A stretch of 64,000 bases of DNA from Centroscyllium fabricii. Lineage: Eukaryota. The stretch is taken from contig JBNRSN020000008.1 of assembly GCA_051313645.2 (NCBI GenBank), positions 121,644,001-121,708,000 of the forward strand, given 5' to 3'. The notes beneath the pieces are model-generated. The model saw only the letters and a program-made list of their open reading frames with translations, was not told where the DNA came from and searched no databases. Shown piece by piece: positions 1-12,194 of this stretch (position 1 is its first letter; each line of letters begins with the position of its first letter). A program made the position numbers and the translations under genes.

Positions 1-540
1 GAATAGATAAGAAAGGAGTAATGAAAAAAGGAAACATTTGCTGTACAAAGGACTGATATACATGAAAGAGGTGTTTAGACAGAGTCAATATGGTCAGAGA
101 TCGGAGATTTAAAAATGGATTGTTACATTAGTGAGATTGTAAAACAGACTCCATAACTGTGATAGGGTAATGGAAAAGGGAATTTTAGATAAATCAGGGA
201 AATGAGTAGGAACAAATTATTGCATTTGAAGATTTTAATTATCCACTCGTTGGCTGGGACAGGGGGGGGGAATAAAATAATAAATGGGAATACAATTCCT
301 AAAATATGTGCAGACTCCTTCCTCAAACAGTATGCTCAGATGCCTACATGAGGAGAGCAAAGAAACTGATCAGGTAGCTGAGTTAAATGTGGGTGAGTAG
401 GAGTAGTGACCATTATATGGCAAGATTCAAGGTCCAAATAAAAAAATATATAAAAACCAAGAGCACCAGATTGTAATAGAGTAGATGTTAAAATGATGAG
501 GAATCTGCTGAGGTGAAGTGGAAAGAGAAATTGACTTGAG

Positions 541-1590
541 TCATACCTAGCACAAAGGAAGATGGTTGTAGATGTTGGAGGCCAATCATCTCAGCCCCAA
601 GACATCAATGTAGGAGTTCCTCAGGGCCCAACTATCTTCAGCTGCTTCATTAATGACCTTCCCTTCATTAGAAGGTCAGAAGTGGGGATGTTCACTGATG
701 ATTGCAGTGTTCAGTTCCATTCATAGCTCCTCAGATAATGAAGAAGTCCATGCCCGAATGCAGCAAGACTTGGATGGCATTCAGGCTTGAGCTGATAAGT
801 GGCAAGTAACATTCATGCCACAAAAGTGCCAGACAATGACCATCTCCAACAAGCGAGAATCTAACCACCTCCCCTTGACATTCAATGACATTACCATCAC
901 CAAATCCCGCCCTCCCCGCCCCCTTCATCAGCATCCTGGAGGTCACCATTGACCAGAAACTTAACTGGACCAGCCACAAATACTGCAGCTATAAGAGCAG
1001 GTCAGTGGCTGGGTATCCTACAGCGAGTGTCTCACCTCCTGACTCCCCAAAGCCTTCCCACCATTTACAAGGCACAAGTCAAGAGTGTGATGGAATATTC
1101 TTCACTTGCCTGGATGAGTGCAGCTCCAACAACACTCAAGAAGCTCAACACCATCAAGGACAAAGCAGCCTGCTTGATTGGCACCCCATCCACCAACTTA
1201 AGCATTCACTCCCTGCACCACTGGCACACCGTGGCTGCAGTGTGCACCATCTACAAGATGCACTGCAGTAACTCGTCAAGGCTTCTTCGGCAGCATCTCC
1301 CAAACACGCGACCTCTACCACCTAGAAGGACAAGGGCAGCAGGCACATGGTAACATCACCTCCTCCAATATACACACCATCCTGACTTGGAAATGTATTG
1401 CTGTTCTTTCATCGTTGTTGGGTCAAAATCCTGGAACTCCCTCCTGAACAGCACTGTGGGAGTACCTTTACTACAAGGACTGCAGCGGTTTAAGGCGGCG
1501 GCACACCACCAACTTCTCAAGGGCAATTAGAGGGTAATAAATGCTGGTCTTGCCAGCGACACCCACATCCCAGGCACAAATTTAAAAAAA
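541..1590 (+). mobile_element. 5'-truncated non-LTR retrotransposon (CR1/L2-superfamily RT C-terminus plus 3' UTR)
   Basis: GVPQG, FSCFINDL and FTDD-like RT motifs; ORF 949-1353 has YKAQVKSVMEYSSLAWMSAAPTTLKKL; A-rich end; related copies at 3344-3645 and 7010-7680. Confidence 0.85.
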
Positions 1591-1740
1591 ATCAATGTTT
1601 GAAAAGGAGATTGCAAAGGCGCAGAATAAATACATAGGACTAAAAATAGAGACTGCTTCCAGTTTCAGGATGCCATGGTAGAAAAATAAAGAGTTCAGAA
1701 ACAAACTAAAATTGAAGAGGGCATATAGGCAAGATAAAAA

Positions 1741-2040
1741 TATGGAAACATAGAAGATAGGAGCAGGAGTAGGCCATTCGGCCCCTCGCGCCTGCTCCGC
1801 CATTCAATGAGATCATGGCTGATCATCCAAATTCAGTACCCTGTCCCTGCCTTCTCTCCATATTCCTTAATCCCTTCAGCCTTAAGAAACATATCTAACT
1901 CCTTCTTGAATATATTTAACTGCCTTCTGTGGCAGAGAATTCCACAGGTTCACCACTCTCTGGGTGAAGAAAGTCCTCCTCATCTCTGCCCTAAATGGCT
2001 TTCCCCTTATCCTTAGACTGTGACCCCTGGTTCTGGACTC
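1741..2040 (-). mobile_element. CR1 LINE 3' end (HER1-like tail), antisense
   Basis: Reverse complement reads ...TQRVVNLWNS... then the tail gaatggcggagcaggcgcgaggggccgaatggcctactcctgctcctatcttctatg; matches the tail at 12325-12415. Confidence 0.85.
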
Positions 2041-2252
2041 TATAGAATACAATAAAATAAGGAAAGAGGTTAAGAGTAGGATAAGGAAAGCAAGAAGGGA
2101 GCATGAGGAGCCAACCTCTAAAAATATTTAAAACAGTAAAGTATTCTACGAATATATCAGGAAAGAGAGAATTGTCAGACGCGAGATGGGACTTGAGATT
2201 TTAGTGAGTTACTGGAGGATAAACGGAAATTGGCAGCGATATTTAATTGGGA

Positions 2253-2960
2253 CAGGTTGAACACCGTTAATCTGGCACGGGCGGGACCAGACCCGCGCTG
2301 GTATAGTGAAAAAGCCGGAAGAATGAAGCCGTCCAGTGCACATGCGCACACCATTCAAAATGGCCACGTGCATGTGCAGAACATTGGAAATGGCCGCCGA
2401 AGTTTTGAATGATCTGTGCATGCGCCGCCAAACGGCGAGCGCATGCGCAGATCATTCAAAATGGCCACCGGAAGTCAGGCCCTCGATGTCGGGCATCTGC
2501 TCCTCATCCGACAGGTTGGAGAAGGCCTCCTCCTTCTCGTCTCCCAGCGACTCCGAGCCACCGGAGCTCTCGGCCTCAGAGTCCGAGTCGCTGCTGAAGC
2601 CGCTGCTGCCTTCCAAGGGGTCGGCGTCTCCTGAAGCCATCGGGACGATGAGTGTGAATGTGCCGGGCCTGCTGGCTGATCAAAGGCTGGACTGGGCTCT
2701 GCTACTCTCTCTCGCCTGTACTCTCCTGTCTGTCTGCTCGCACCGAGTGCTCTGCAGGGCTGGGTTGTGTGCAGGGTTCGCGGTGGCCATTTTGAATGAT
2801 CTGTGCATGCGCTCGCCATTTGGCGGCGCATGCGCAGATCATTCGCTGAAGCATCAATTGCGGCGGCCATTTTGCGCATGCGCAGGGCAGTCAGGGCAAT
2901 TTATGCCAGACAACTGAAGCTGCCGGCATTTCGGTTACCGGATTAACCGTGCTCAACCTG
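2253..2960. mobile_element. MITE, Tc1/mariner-pogo (Tigger)-like, copy 1
   Basis: TIRs CAGGTTGAACACCGTTAATC...GATTAACCGTGCTCAACCTG; right flank TA (left flank GA); removing it restores the host CR1 reading IFNW-YFASVFTKE; same ends as 10276-10988. Confidence 0.9.
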
Positions 2961-3343
2961 TACTTTGCATCAGTGTTTACAAAAGAGAAGGATAGTGGGA
3001 GCAGATAAATCCTGAATTGGCTAAAAGCAGGATGAGAAATATTATGATAAACAAAAGTATTAGACAAGTTAGTTAAGTTACTGGACAAAGTGCTGGGACC
3101 TGAAGGTATACTCCAATGATTCTGAAGGAAATGGGCAAAGAAAGAGAGAAGGCCCTAAAAATTATGACCCCGATTTTAACTGTCCCCACCTGGCCAAAAC
3201 CAAGTGTAGGGAGAAGCTAAAATAATGGGAGTCACTTAACCCCAGCAATCCCGCTTCCTTCCTGCCATTTCTCCATATTAACCTACTGTTGAGCAGGACC
3301 CCCACAGGAAGGAACTGTGGTAATTTTTATTTTTTTTAATTGA

Positions 3344-3645
3344 TTCATGGAATGTGGGCATCGCTGGCAAGGCCAGCATTTATTACCCATCCCAAACTGC
3401 TCTCGAGAAGGTGGCGAGCCGCCTTCTTGAACCACTGCAGTCCATGAGGTGAAGGTACGCCCACAGTGCGGTTAGGGAGGGAATGCCAGGAGTTTGACCC
3501 AGTGACTATGAAGGAACAGCAATATATTTCCAAGTAGGATGGTGTGGGACTTGGAGGGAAACTTACAGGTGGTAGTGTTCTCATATGCCCGCTATCCTTG
3601 TTCTTCTAGGTGGTAGAGGTCGCGGGTTTGGGAGGTGCTGTCAAA
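3344..3645 (-). mobile_element. 3' end of the same non-LTR family as 541-1590, antisense
   Basis: Reverse-complement similarity to ~1300-1570 (RPLPPRRTR motif, ...HGLQWFKKAARHLL, aataaatgctggccttgccagcgatgcccacat). Confidence 0.85.
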
Positions 3646-3704
3646 GAAATACATAGATCAGGTCCGATGACATCAAATTTATTGCGAAAAGACTTTGGTC
3701 TACT

Positions 3705-4088
3705 CACCTCAAATTTAACATTCTCATTGCAGTGTTTAAATCCCTTCATGGCCTAGCACCTCCCTATCTCTAATCTACTCCAGCCCTATAATACGGAGAA
3801 CTCTGCGTTGCTCGGACTATGGTCTCTTGTGCATCACGAAAACCCTCCCCTCCACCACTGGCAGCCATGCTTTTAGCTGTCTAGGCTCCAAGTTCGGAAA
3901 TCCCCTCCCTAAACCTCTCTACCCCCCTCTCATCCTTTAAAGCTCCACCTCTGAGCAAGCTTTTAGTCACCCTTCCAAATATCGCCTCTTTGATTCGGTG
4001 TCATTCTTTGTCTGATTACGCTTCTATGAAATGCCTTGGGACTTTTTCTGTGTTAAAAGCACCATGCAAATGCAAGTTACTGTTGTTG
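3705..4088 (+). mobile_element. L2-type LINE 3' end
   Basis: FKSLHGLAPPYL-like coding remnant, then tail gccttgggac...gttaaaagcaccatgcaaatgcaagttactgttgttg. Confidence 0.7.
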
Positions 4089-4680
4089 AATCAAAATCAT
4101 TGATGTAAATTAGCCCCAACACTGAACCCTGGTGCACCCCACTCACTGGCACCCCTTCCAACTGTGGCATTGCCCAGTACCCATTGTCTTCTATGTTCAG
4201 ACTATTTCTTATCCATATCCAACTTTTTCTCTGCAATATCACAACTTTTGAGATAATTATCTTCATATGTCCTTTGGAAGTCTAAGCACGCAGCCCAATA
4301 GGGTTTACCACAGTTGAAATAAGCACCAGACAGCCTCTTCCTCCTCTCTAAATCTTCACCATATTGAAATCAAGACACTGCACAATTGCAGATTCTAATT
4401 CCATTTTTTCCTCAGTGTTCAAAATTGTGAACATTTTCCTCTCCCTTAATATTCCCTTACTCTTAGAAGCATCAGGTTTGGAAAAGCCAAGTTCAGTATC
4501 ATAATCATTCTTCAGCACGGTTTGGGCAAAATCCTGGAATTGCCGACTTAACGCCTTTGGGGAAGCACCATCACTACATGATAGCAGCGGATTATAAAGG
4601 CAGCCCATCACCACCTTCTCAGGGAAAATAGGGCTGGCAAATAAATGCAGCCTTTCCAGCATCCCCTACAACTCTAGTAT
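4089..4680 (-). mobile_element. Degraded CR1 RT fragment (-), with a short tail fragment of the 541-1590 family at ~4515-4670 (+)
   Basis: Minus ORF 4024-4266 contains VSGVHQGSVLGLIYINDFD; CLDFN motif near 4360. Confidence 0.65.
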
Positions 4681-4986
4681 AAATTAACAAAAAATATCCA
4701 CTGCCTGGTTTAACTCTTTTTAATTATTGAACTCTTGGTCTCCTGCATGATGTGCTTTGGTCCTTCACTTTCAATTCTCAATTTAAAAAAAACTACATCA
4801 GTCCATTAAACCTAGACGAAGACTTCTTGGTGATTTAGTCATGAGTGAAGACAGATTTCAGAATAGAATATCGAACCCGTCAAATGGTACGCCACCGAGC
4901 AAATTATAGGTTATAGAAATACAGTTAGTCAGAGTCCACAGCAAATATTAGAGGAACCAGGAGAAGAAGGCCCTGCAGAAACAGTA

Positions 4987-5704
4987 GGGGGGTAAAATTG
5001 GGTTTGGGGAGCTAACCTCAGTGGGGCGCTACTTTTATTGCCCCGAAAAGGTTAGCGCCGTTCCGCGTAAAATTGGGTTTTAGTGCCCCAAGTAGGAGGT
5101 GGGGCGCTCCTGGAAACGCTCCACCTCATTCCTGGAGCGCTGAATTTTTGGCGCGGTGTGTCGCAGTGCCACGCTCCGCGGCACATCGCGTCGTGGTACT
5201 ACAGGCCTTCCTCCCCTTCTTAAAGGGGAGGGGCCTAGCGCAGCGCGACCCAGCGACCAGCTCGGCCACCGGGGATCGGGAGTGCCGGCAAAAGAGCCCG
5301 GCACTCGAGAGAAGTCCCGGGCTCACGGAGTGCAGCCGGCACTCCACGGGGGGCTGCAGAGGAGGCCGGGGACGGCAGAGGGGGCAGGTGCTGGCAGGCG
5401 GCCAGCAACAAAAATGGCTGCCTTGCAACCCCCCCCTTTAAATAGCGCTGGCCCGGCTGTTGCTGCGACCCCCTGACCCTGTCGCAGACAGTGTCCGGCA
5501 CTACATCAGCGGGCGTGACTCAAATTCACGGCCGGGGCGCTGTGCATGGCGAGGACATCGGCGACAGCACAGTGCCACGGGGCACTACCGGCTGCCGCCG
5601 CCGCCAGCACCCTGAATATCGCGGGAGGCGCTAGGTGCCTTGCGCCCCATTAGCAGCCCTCTTACGGCGATAACGGCTGGCACAAGCAACCCAATTTTTC
5701 CCCC
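4987..5704. mobile_element. GC/CpG-rich non-autonomous TIR element (MITE)
   Basis: Terminal inverted repeats GGGGGGTAAAATTGGGTT...AACCCAATTTTTCCCCC bound a GC-rich island in AT-rich intron; no clean TSD; ORFs inside look non-coding. Confidence 0.7.
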
Positions 5705-7009
5705 TCGATATCTAGAAACTAAAGGAGAACTAGAGTAGCAGAAACTGCAGACACCATGGGAGTCAGCTAACAATGGCTTTGCAGGAATTGCAGATAGTGA
5801 ACTGAAAAGTAACCACAAAGCAGCTATAATTTACAAAATAATGAGCAACACTACCTCTAAACGCAACCTATTGTAAAATGTCGACTTGTAGAGAACATCG
5901 CCTGTAATAAGTTGCTTTTTAAACAGTTTTAATAAAAAATTGAGAAACCATGTTGAAGAGCCACAACATAATGAAGGATATGTTCACGGTTTAAAAAGAG
6001 TAAGAGAAAACTAGGTAATTTAGTAAGCAGTGATTAGTTGGGTTTAACAGTCCGAAGATGTATTGTACTGCTTTTCAAGAGGAGAGTGTGTGCTCATTTA
6101 CAGATTCTTTATTCAATACATTTAAAAATGTTACAATATCTTTTCTTACTGCAGAATTTAATTCAATTGCAGAATCCATAAATGCTTCCCTGGTCATTTA
6201 TGGAACGTCTAATTTATGTTGAGTACCAATTACTTATATGCATCCATCAAAACCCCACTTGACTTTTTTTGACTTAAATGAATGCAAACCAAATTTAAAT
6301 ATATTTAGATAATAATGCATCAACATGACATTACGTTTGCTGGTAGGACATTAATGTACATTGTGAACAAGTACATTGGGAAGAAGTTACAGAGAAATAA
6401 TCAATTTAAATAAAATGTTACTAAGTCATGAAGCAAATTATCCTACTTTCCATACACGCACAGAGCACTGAGTAGGTGTACAGGGCACCCTAAACGTTCA
6501 CCAAGTTGATCAGTAAAGAGCCAAGCCAGATAGATCAGGAAGTGTCAATTTGATTTCTGTGCTGTGTTAACCAATGTCAGCAAGGGTGATGTTATTTCAG
6601 CAAGGGTGATGTTGAGGAGAGAAAAAAAGTATCTAGCAACTCATGCAGGAAGTACATATATGCAAACATCAGGAAAGATGAGGTCAGGTTCAGCATGCAA
6701 GCTGCCTGCTAAAACCAATCAATCAAGGCTCAAATATAAATAACAGCTATTTGGGCAAGTACTGGATGGCAACCAGTGCCTTTGGAACTTCACCCCAGCA
6801 ACAAATCCATTCTTTTGGGGAGGGGGAATGGGAATAAATTGCCATGGAAGCAGAAAAAATAAATATTTTAGGGTGCAATTACAACAGAGTTAACCATCTC
6901 AGATCATCGAGAGAAAAATGTGGCAATATAACAGCGCCCTTCAACGTTACTCCGAATACAGAATTCCAAGCTGTTCTGCAAAACAAAGTTCAGTGACTAG
7001 CACAAAACT

Positions 7010-7680
7010 TTCCCCAGGACATTGCTGCAGGAGTTCCTCAGGGCAGTGTCCTAGGCCCAACCATCGTCAGCTGTTTCCAGTGACCTTCCCTCTATCAGGA
7101 GGTCAGACATCGGGATGTTTGCTGATGACTCCACAGTTTTCAGTTCCATTTGCAATTCCTCAGATAATGAGGTAGTCCATGCCCAAATGCAGCAATACCT
7201 GGACAACATTCAGGCTTGGGCTGTTATGTGGCAAGTAACATTCACACTACACAAGTGCCAGGCAATGACCATCTCCAAAAAGAGAGGTTCTAACCACCAA
7301 TGGCATTACCATCGTCGAATTCCCCACCATCAACATCTGGTCATCATTGACCAGAAACTCAACCAGACATGCCACATAAATACTGTGGCTACAAGAGCAG
7401 GTCAGAGGCTGGGTATTCTGTGGCGAGTGGCTCACCTCCCGACTCCCCAAAGCCTTTCCACCCTCTACAAGGCACAAGTCAGGAGTGTGACAGAATAGTC
7501 TCCACTTGCCTGGATGAGTGCAGCTCCAACAACACTGAAGAAGCTCAACACCATCCAGCTGCTTGATTGGCACCCCATCTACCATCTTATACATTCATTC
7601 CCTCCACCACTGTGTCTGCAGTGTGTACCATCTATAAGATACACTGAAGCAACTCATCAAGGCTTCTTTGACAGCACCTC
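7010..7680 (+). mobile_element. Non-LTR retrotransposon RT fragment (same family as 541-1590)
   Basis: GVPQGSVLGP, MFADDSTVF, YKAQVRSV; direct similarity to 600-1300. Confidence 0.85.
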
Positions 7681-8532
7681 TTAAAAAAGGTGCAAGAATG
7701 CAAGTTACAGTCTAGGATGCAAACGAATCACCTGATGTATTATTCCTAAACACTTATTCACACCTTTCTGCTTAGATGCCATTTTATTCAATTCAATCAA
7801 CTTGGCACTTTGCTCAGGTACAGACAGGTGCCCGAGAGATGTCATTGAACTCCACTGGAAATGACAGCTTTATATATGTGGCCAAACATTCTATGTAATT
7901 GATAACCAATAAATGGCTAATGATCCATTGTCATTATGTAAGAAGCATTTTTTATGTCCTTTGTTCCAATATATCAGTCAGTCTGAAGCTAGCAGAGATA
8001 CTGGGCTCAAAATAAATGTCACCATATGAGCAACTGAGTTTCAAGACTGAATTCCATGTTGAAAGTAGCATAAAGAAGTCTGTTCTTTTGACATTGAGAA
8101 TATGATGTTTTTAATTATAAAATATATTGTTTATACTGACTGCTGCTCATTTAATTGTTCAGTGTTAAATTAATTTGTCTGTTGGTTTACAATTTGATCG
8201 AATGTATATTCTTTTGTCTACCAAAAATGTCCAGCTCACATCACAGTATGTGTCATATTCCAATAAGACAAATGCATTGGCAATAGTTCTCTGTTTGACT
8301 CCTGTGCCTTGCTAAATTTGCCTAGATACTGCAGGTACACTTCAATTCTTGGAGAACACATGCAGGGTCCACATATTGGAATGGCCAGTGATGCTGAATC
8401 CAAGGAAAATATTTAGCATAAAAAGCTAAAATTGTAACGTGTACAATTTAAGAGATAAATTTAACTACCCAAACAATTGAAAAATAAGAGCTAGGTACAC
8501 ACATGATGCCAGCCTCTGTCGATACAATGACA

Positions 8533-9128
8533 TAAACAGAGGCATAGAGTACAAAAGCCAGGAAGTTATGTTAAAACTATATAAATACACGATTTCGGCC
8601 CCAACTGGAGTAGGGTGTCCAATTCTGGGCACCACACTTTAGGAAAGACATGAAGAATTTGGAAGTAATAGAAGTGATTTATTAGATTGGTCCTAGGGAT
8701 GAAGGATTACAGCTATGTGAACAGGCTGAAGTTGTTGAGATAGCCTTCTCTGCTCTAAGGAGAACAAACAGGAGATTTGATAGAGGACTTTAAAATCATG
8801 AAGGGTTTTGACAGAGTAAATAAAGGGAAATGGTTTCCAATGGCTGAAAGGTCAGTAACCAGAGGGCACAGATTTAAAGTGATTGGCGAAAGAACCAGAG
8901 GTGACACGAGGAAAAACATTTTTACACAATGAGTGGTTTGGAGTGCGCTGTCCGATAGGGTGGTGGATACTGATTCAATAGTAGCTTTGAAAAGGTAATT
9001 GGATAAATACTTGGAGAAAAAATTGCAGGGATATGGGGAAAGAGTGGGGGAGTGGGGCCAACTGGATTGCTCTTCGAAAGAGCTGCAGACTCGACAGGCT
9101 GAATGGCCTCCTTCTATGATTCAATGAT
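8533..9128 (+). mobile_element. CR1 LINE 3' fragment
   Basis: NRGIEYKSQEVML...TRGHRFKVIG remnants; tail gaatggcctccttctatgattcaatgat. Confidence 0.85.
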
Positions 9129-10275
9129 TAACTGACAGCATCTGCACAGATTCAAAACTTGTAATTTCTACAGCTAAAAGAATATTTTAGATGCACTGGG
9201 AAAGTCATAGTATTTTAATTATGTCAAATCTGTCAAATCAATATCCAGAGATAAGCTCATAGCAAACTCCTGAGACGGGTTGCAAGCTGCAACAAGCCAT
9301 CATTAGGCTTTAGCAATTAACCTTCAACTAGACTACTTTTTAAAAATAGCACAAGGTCATACTGAATCAATGCTGTTACTACTCGGGGAAATAAAGCATA
9401 AAACACTACTTGGTATGGAACACATAAGAGGCTATCTTTCCACAGCGCAAATTTCATTTTGATCTGTACTACAGATAACTTGCTGAATTTAGCTTGCTGA
9501 ATTTACCATAGCTGACATCAAAATCAATTTCTTCAGGCAATCACCTTTATGAAGGGATACCTCAATATCTTTCCCTTACACCTGTGGCCCCTATTAACTC
9601 CACATTTTTTCTCAAAAGCTACAATTTAGGTCAATCCTTCCATCCAAAAGCAAAATGTATGCCCCCAACTAAACAATATGCTTCTTATAGCCAGTAATTT
9701 TAACAGTCTCAATCAACTTTTGTGTTTTGAGAATCATTAGTAATAATTTTCCAAAATTCCCTGGACTCAGCAAAGGTCCCGGCAGACTGGAAAACTGCTA
9801 ATAGAACACCCTTATTTAAAAAGGGCAGTAGACAGAAGGCTGGAAACTATAGACCAGTTAGCCTAACATCTGTCGTGGGTAAAATTTTGAAGTCCATTAT
9901 TAAGGAGATAGTAACAGGACATTTGGATAAACATAATTTAATAGGACAAAGTCAGCATAGTTTTATGAAGGGGAAGTCTTGCTTGACAAATTTGTTGGAG
10001 TTCTTTGAGAAAGTAACATATAGGGTGGATAAAGGGGAACCAGTGAACGTAGTGTATTTAGACTTTCAAAAGGCATTTGACAAGGTGCCACACAATTTTA
10101 TTGCGTAAAATAAAAAATCACGGAATTGGGGGTAATATTCTGGCATGGATAGAGGATTGGCTATCTAACAGAAGGCAGAGAGTTGGGATAAATGGTCCAT
10201 TCTCAGACTGGCATTCGGTAACTAGTGGTGTTCCGCAGGGGTCAGTGCTGGGTCCCCAACTCTTTACAATCTATA

Positions 10276-10988
10276 CAGGTTGAGCACCGTTAATCGGGCA
10301 CGGGCGGGACCAGGCCCGTGCCGGGAAATGGAAAAAACTGGGAGAACGAGTTTGGACACTGCGCATGCGCGCCAGTCAAAATGGCCGCGCGCATGCGCGC
10401 AGCATTGCGATTGGCTGGCGCGCGCATGCGCAGATCGGGCCCGGGTCCGCCGTCCCTCTCCATCGCCTTTGGACAAATGCAAAAAGTCACACACCAGGTT
10501 TAAAGTCCAACGTTTTATTTTAAATCACAAGCTTTCGGAGCTCCGAAAGCTTGTGATTTAAAATAAAACGTTGGACTTTAAACCTGGTGTTGTGTGACTT
10601 TTTGCATTTGTCCACCCCAGTCCAACACCGGCACCTCTGCATTATCGCCTTTGGGGTTGCTGCTGCCGCCGAGCGGGACTCAGGCTGACAGCTGTTGCCT
10701 AGTGACTGTCCGCCTCAGTCACGGGGCTCAGCTGTCGAGAAAATAACGGGCGGCCGTATTGAATTATCTGCGCATGCGCTAACCGTCCGGTGACGCATGC
10801 GCAGATCATTCAAAACACCCGCAGCTGTTTTGAATGATCTGCGCATGCGCCCGGCGCATGCGCAGATCATTCGCTGAAGCCACGATGGGGGCTGCCATTT
10901 TGCGCATGCGCAGTGCAGTCGGGGCAATTTGTGCCAGCAGACTGAAGCTGCCGGCTATTCGGGACACGGATTAACGGTGCTCAACCTG
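10276..10988. mobile_element. MITE, Tc1/mariner-pogo (Tigger)-like, copy 2, with TA target duplication
   Basis: TA-CAGGTTGAGCACCGTTAATC...GATTAACGGTGCTCAACCTG-TA; excision restores CR1 LFTIY-ISDLEEG. Confidence 0.93.
10473..10643. mobile_element. Palindromic Penelope-derived mini-element nested in the MITE
   Basis: Inverted repeat 10471-10613 centred at 10540/10541; 11-bp direct repeat ATCGCCTTTGG at 10462-10472 and 10644-10654; same family as 36795-37103. Confidence 0.85.
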
Positions 10989-11860
10989 TATTAGCGATTT
11001 GGAGGAGGGGACCGAGTGTAACATATCAAAGTTTGCAGATGATACTAAGATGGGAGGGAAAGTAGTGAGTGAGGAGGACATAAAAAACCTGCAAGGGGAC
11101 ATAGACAGGCTAAGTAAGTGGGCAAAGATTTGGCAGATGGAATACAATACTGGAAAGTGTGAGGTTATGCACTTTGGCAGGAAAAATCGTAGAGCAAGTT
11201 ATTATCTTAATGGCAAGAAACTGGAAAGTACTGTAGTACAAAGGGATCTGGGGGTCCTGGTGCACAAAACTCAAAAGGTTAGTATGCAGGTGCAGCAAGT
11301 GATCAAGGCGGCCAATGGAATGTTGGCTTTCATTGCTAGGGGGATAGAATATAAAAATAGGGAGGTATTGCTTCAGTTGTACAAGGTATTGGTGAGACCA
11401 CACTTGGAATACTGCATACAGTTTTGGTGTCCATACTTAAGAAAGGACATACTTGCTCTCGAGTCAGTACAAAGAAGGTTCACTCGGTTAATCCCAGGGA
11501 TGAGGGGTTGGACATATGAGGAGAGGTTGAGTAGATTGGGACTCTACTCATTGGAGTTCAGAAGAATTAGGGGCGATCTTATTGAAACATACAAGATTGT
11601 GAAGGGGTTGGACGCGGGGAGGATGTTCCCAATGATGGGTGAAACTAGAACTAGAGGGCATAATCTTAGAATAAGGGGCTGCTCTTTCAAAACTGAGATG
11701 AGGAGAAACTACTTCACTCAGAGGGTGGTAGGTCTATGGAACATGCTGCCCAAGAAGCTGTAGAAGCTACATCATTACATAAATTTGAAACAGAAATAGA
11801 CAGCTTCCTAGAAGTAAAAGGGATTAAGGATTACAGGGAGCGGGCAGGTATTTGGACATG

Positions 11861-12194
11861 AATCATAGAATCCCTACAGTGCAGATAGTGGCCATTTCAA
11901 CCCATCGAGCCTGCACCGACACATATCCCACCCTATCCCCATAACCTCACATATTCCCACCCTATTCCCGTAACACAACATATTTAATCACCCGAACACT
12001 AAGCGTCAATTTATCCTGGCCAATCAACCTAACCCGCACATCTTTGGACTGTGGGAGGAAACTGGAGCACCCGGAGGAAACCCACGCAGACACGGGGAGA
12101 ATGTGCAAACTCCACACAGATAGTCACCCGAGGCCGGATTTGAACCCTGGCCCCTAGCGCTGTAAGGCAACAGTGCTAACCACTATGCCACCCT
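11861..12194 (-). mobile_element. HE1-type V-SINE (tRNA-derived)
   Basis: Minus strand: A box TGGCATAGTGG, B box GGTTCAAATCC, V-domain tgtgtggagtttgcacattctccccgtgtctgcgtgggtttcctccgggtgctcc, CR1-like tail ending ttctatgatt. Confidence 0.92.

Larger units (their letters stand above)
1..3165 (+). mobile_element. Old degraded CR1 LINE ORF2 (endonuclease-to-RT linker) in pieces at ~1-535, 1590-1740, 2041-2252 and 2961-3165, host to younger insertions
   Basis: Decayed CR1 ORF2 motifs collinear with the intact CR1 at 14228-17104 (DFNYP-like, SDH-like, IRKARREHE, IFNW/YFASVFTKE split by a MITE); many stops and frameshifts. Confidence 0.7.

Noticed and set aside
2209-2917. Cluster of overlapping ORFs up to 193 aa
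   Set aside because: They lie within a GC-rich palindromic MITE, where stop codons are scarce by composition
5073-5818. Several overlapping ORFs in a GC island
   Set aside because: Inside a TIR element; no domain motifs or splice support
12120-12194. tRNA-like sequence with A and B boxes
   Set aside because: It is the head of the HE1 SINE, not a tRNA gene
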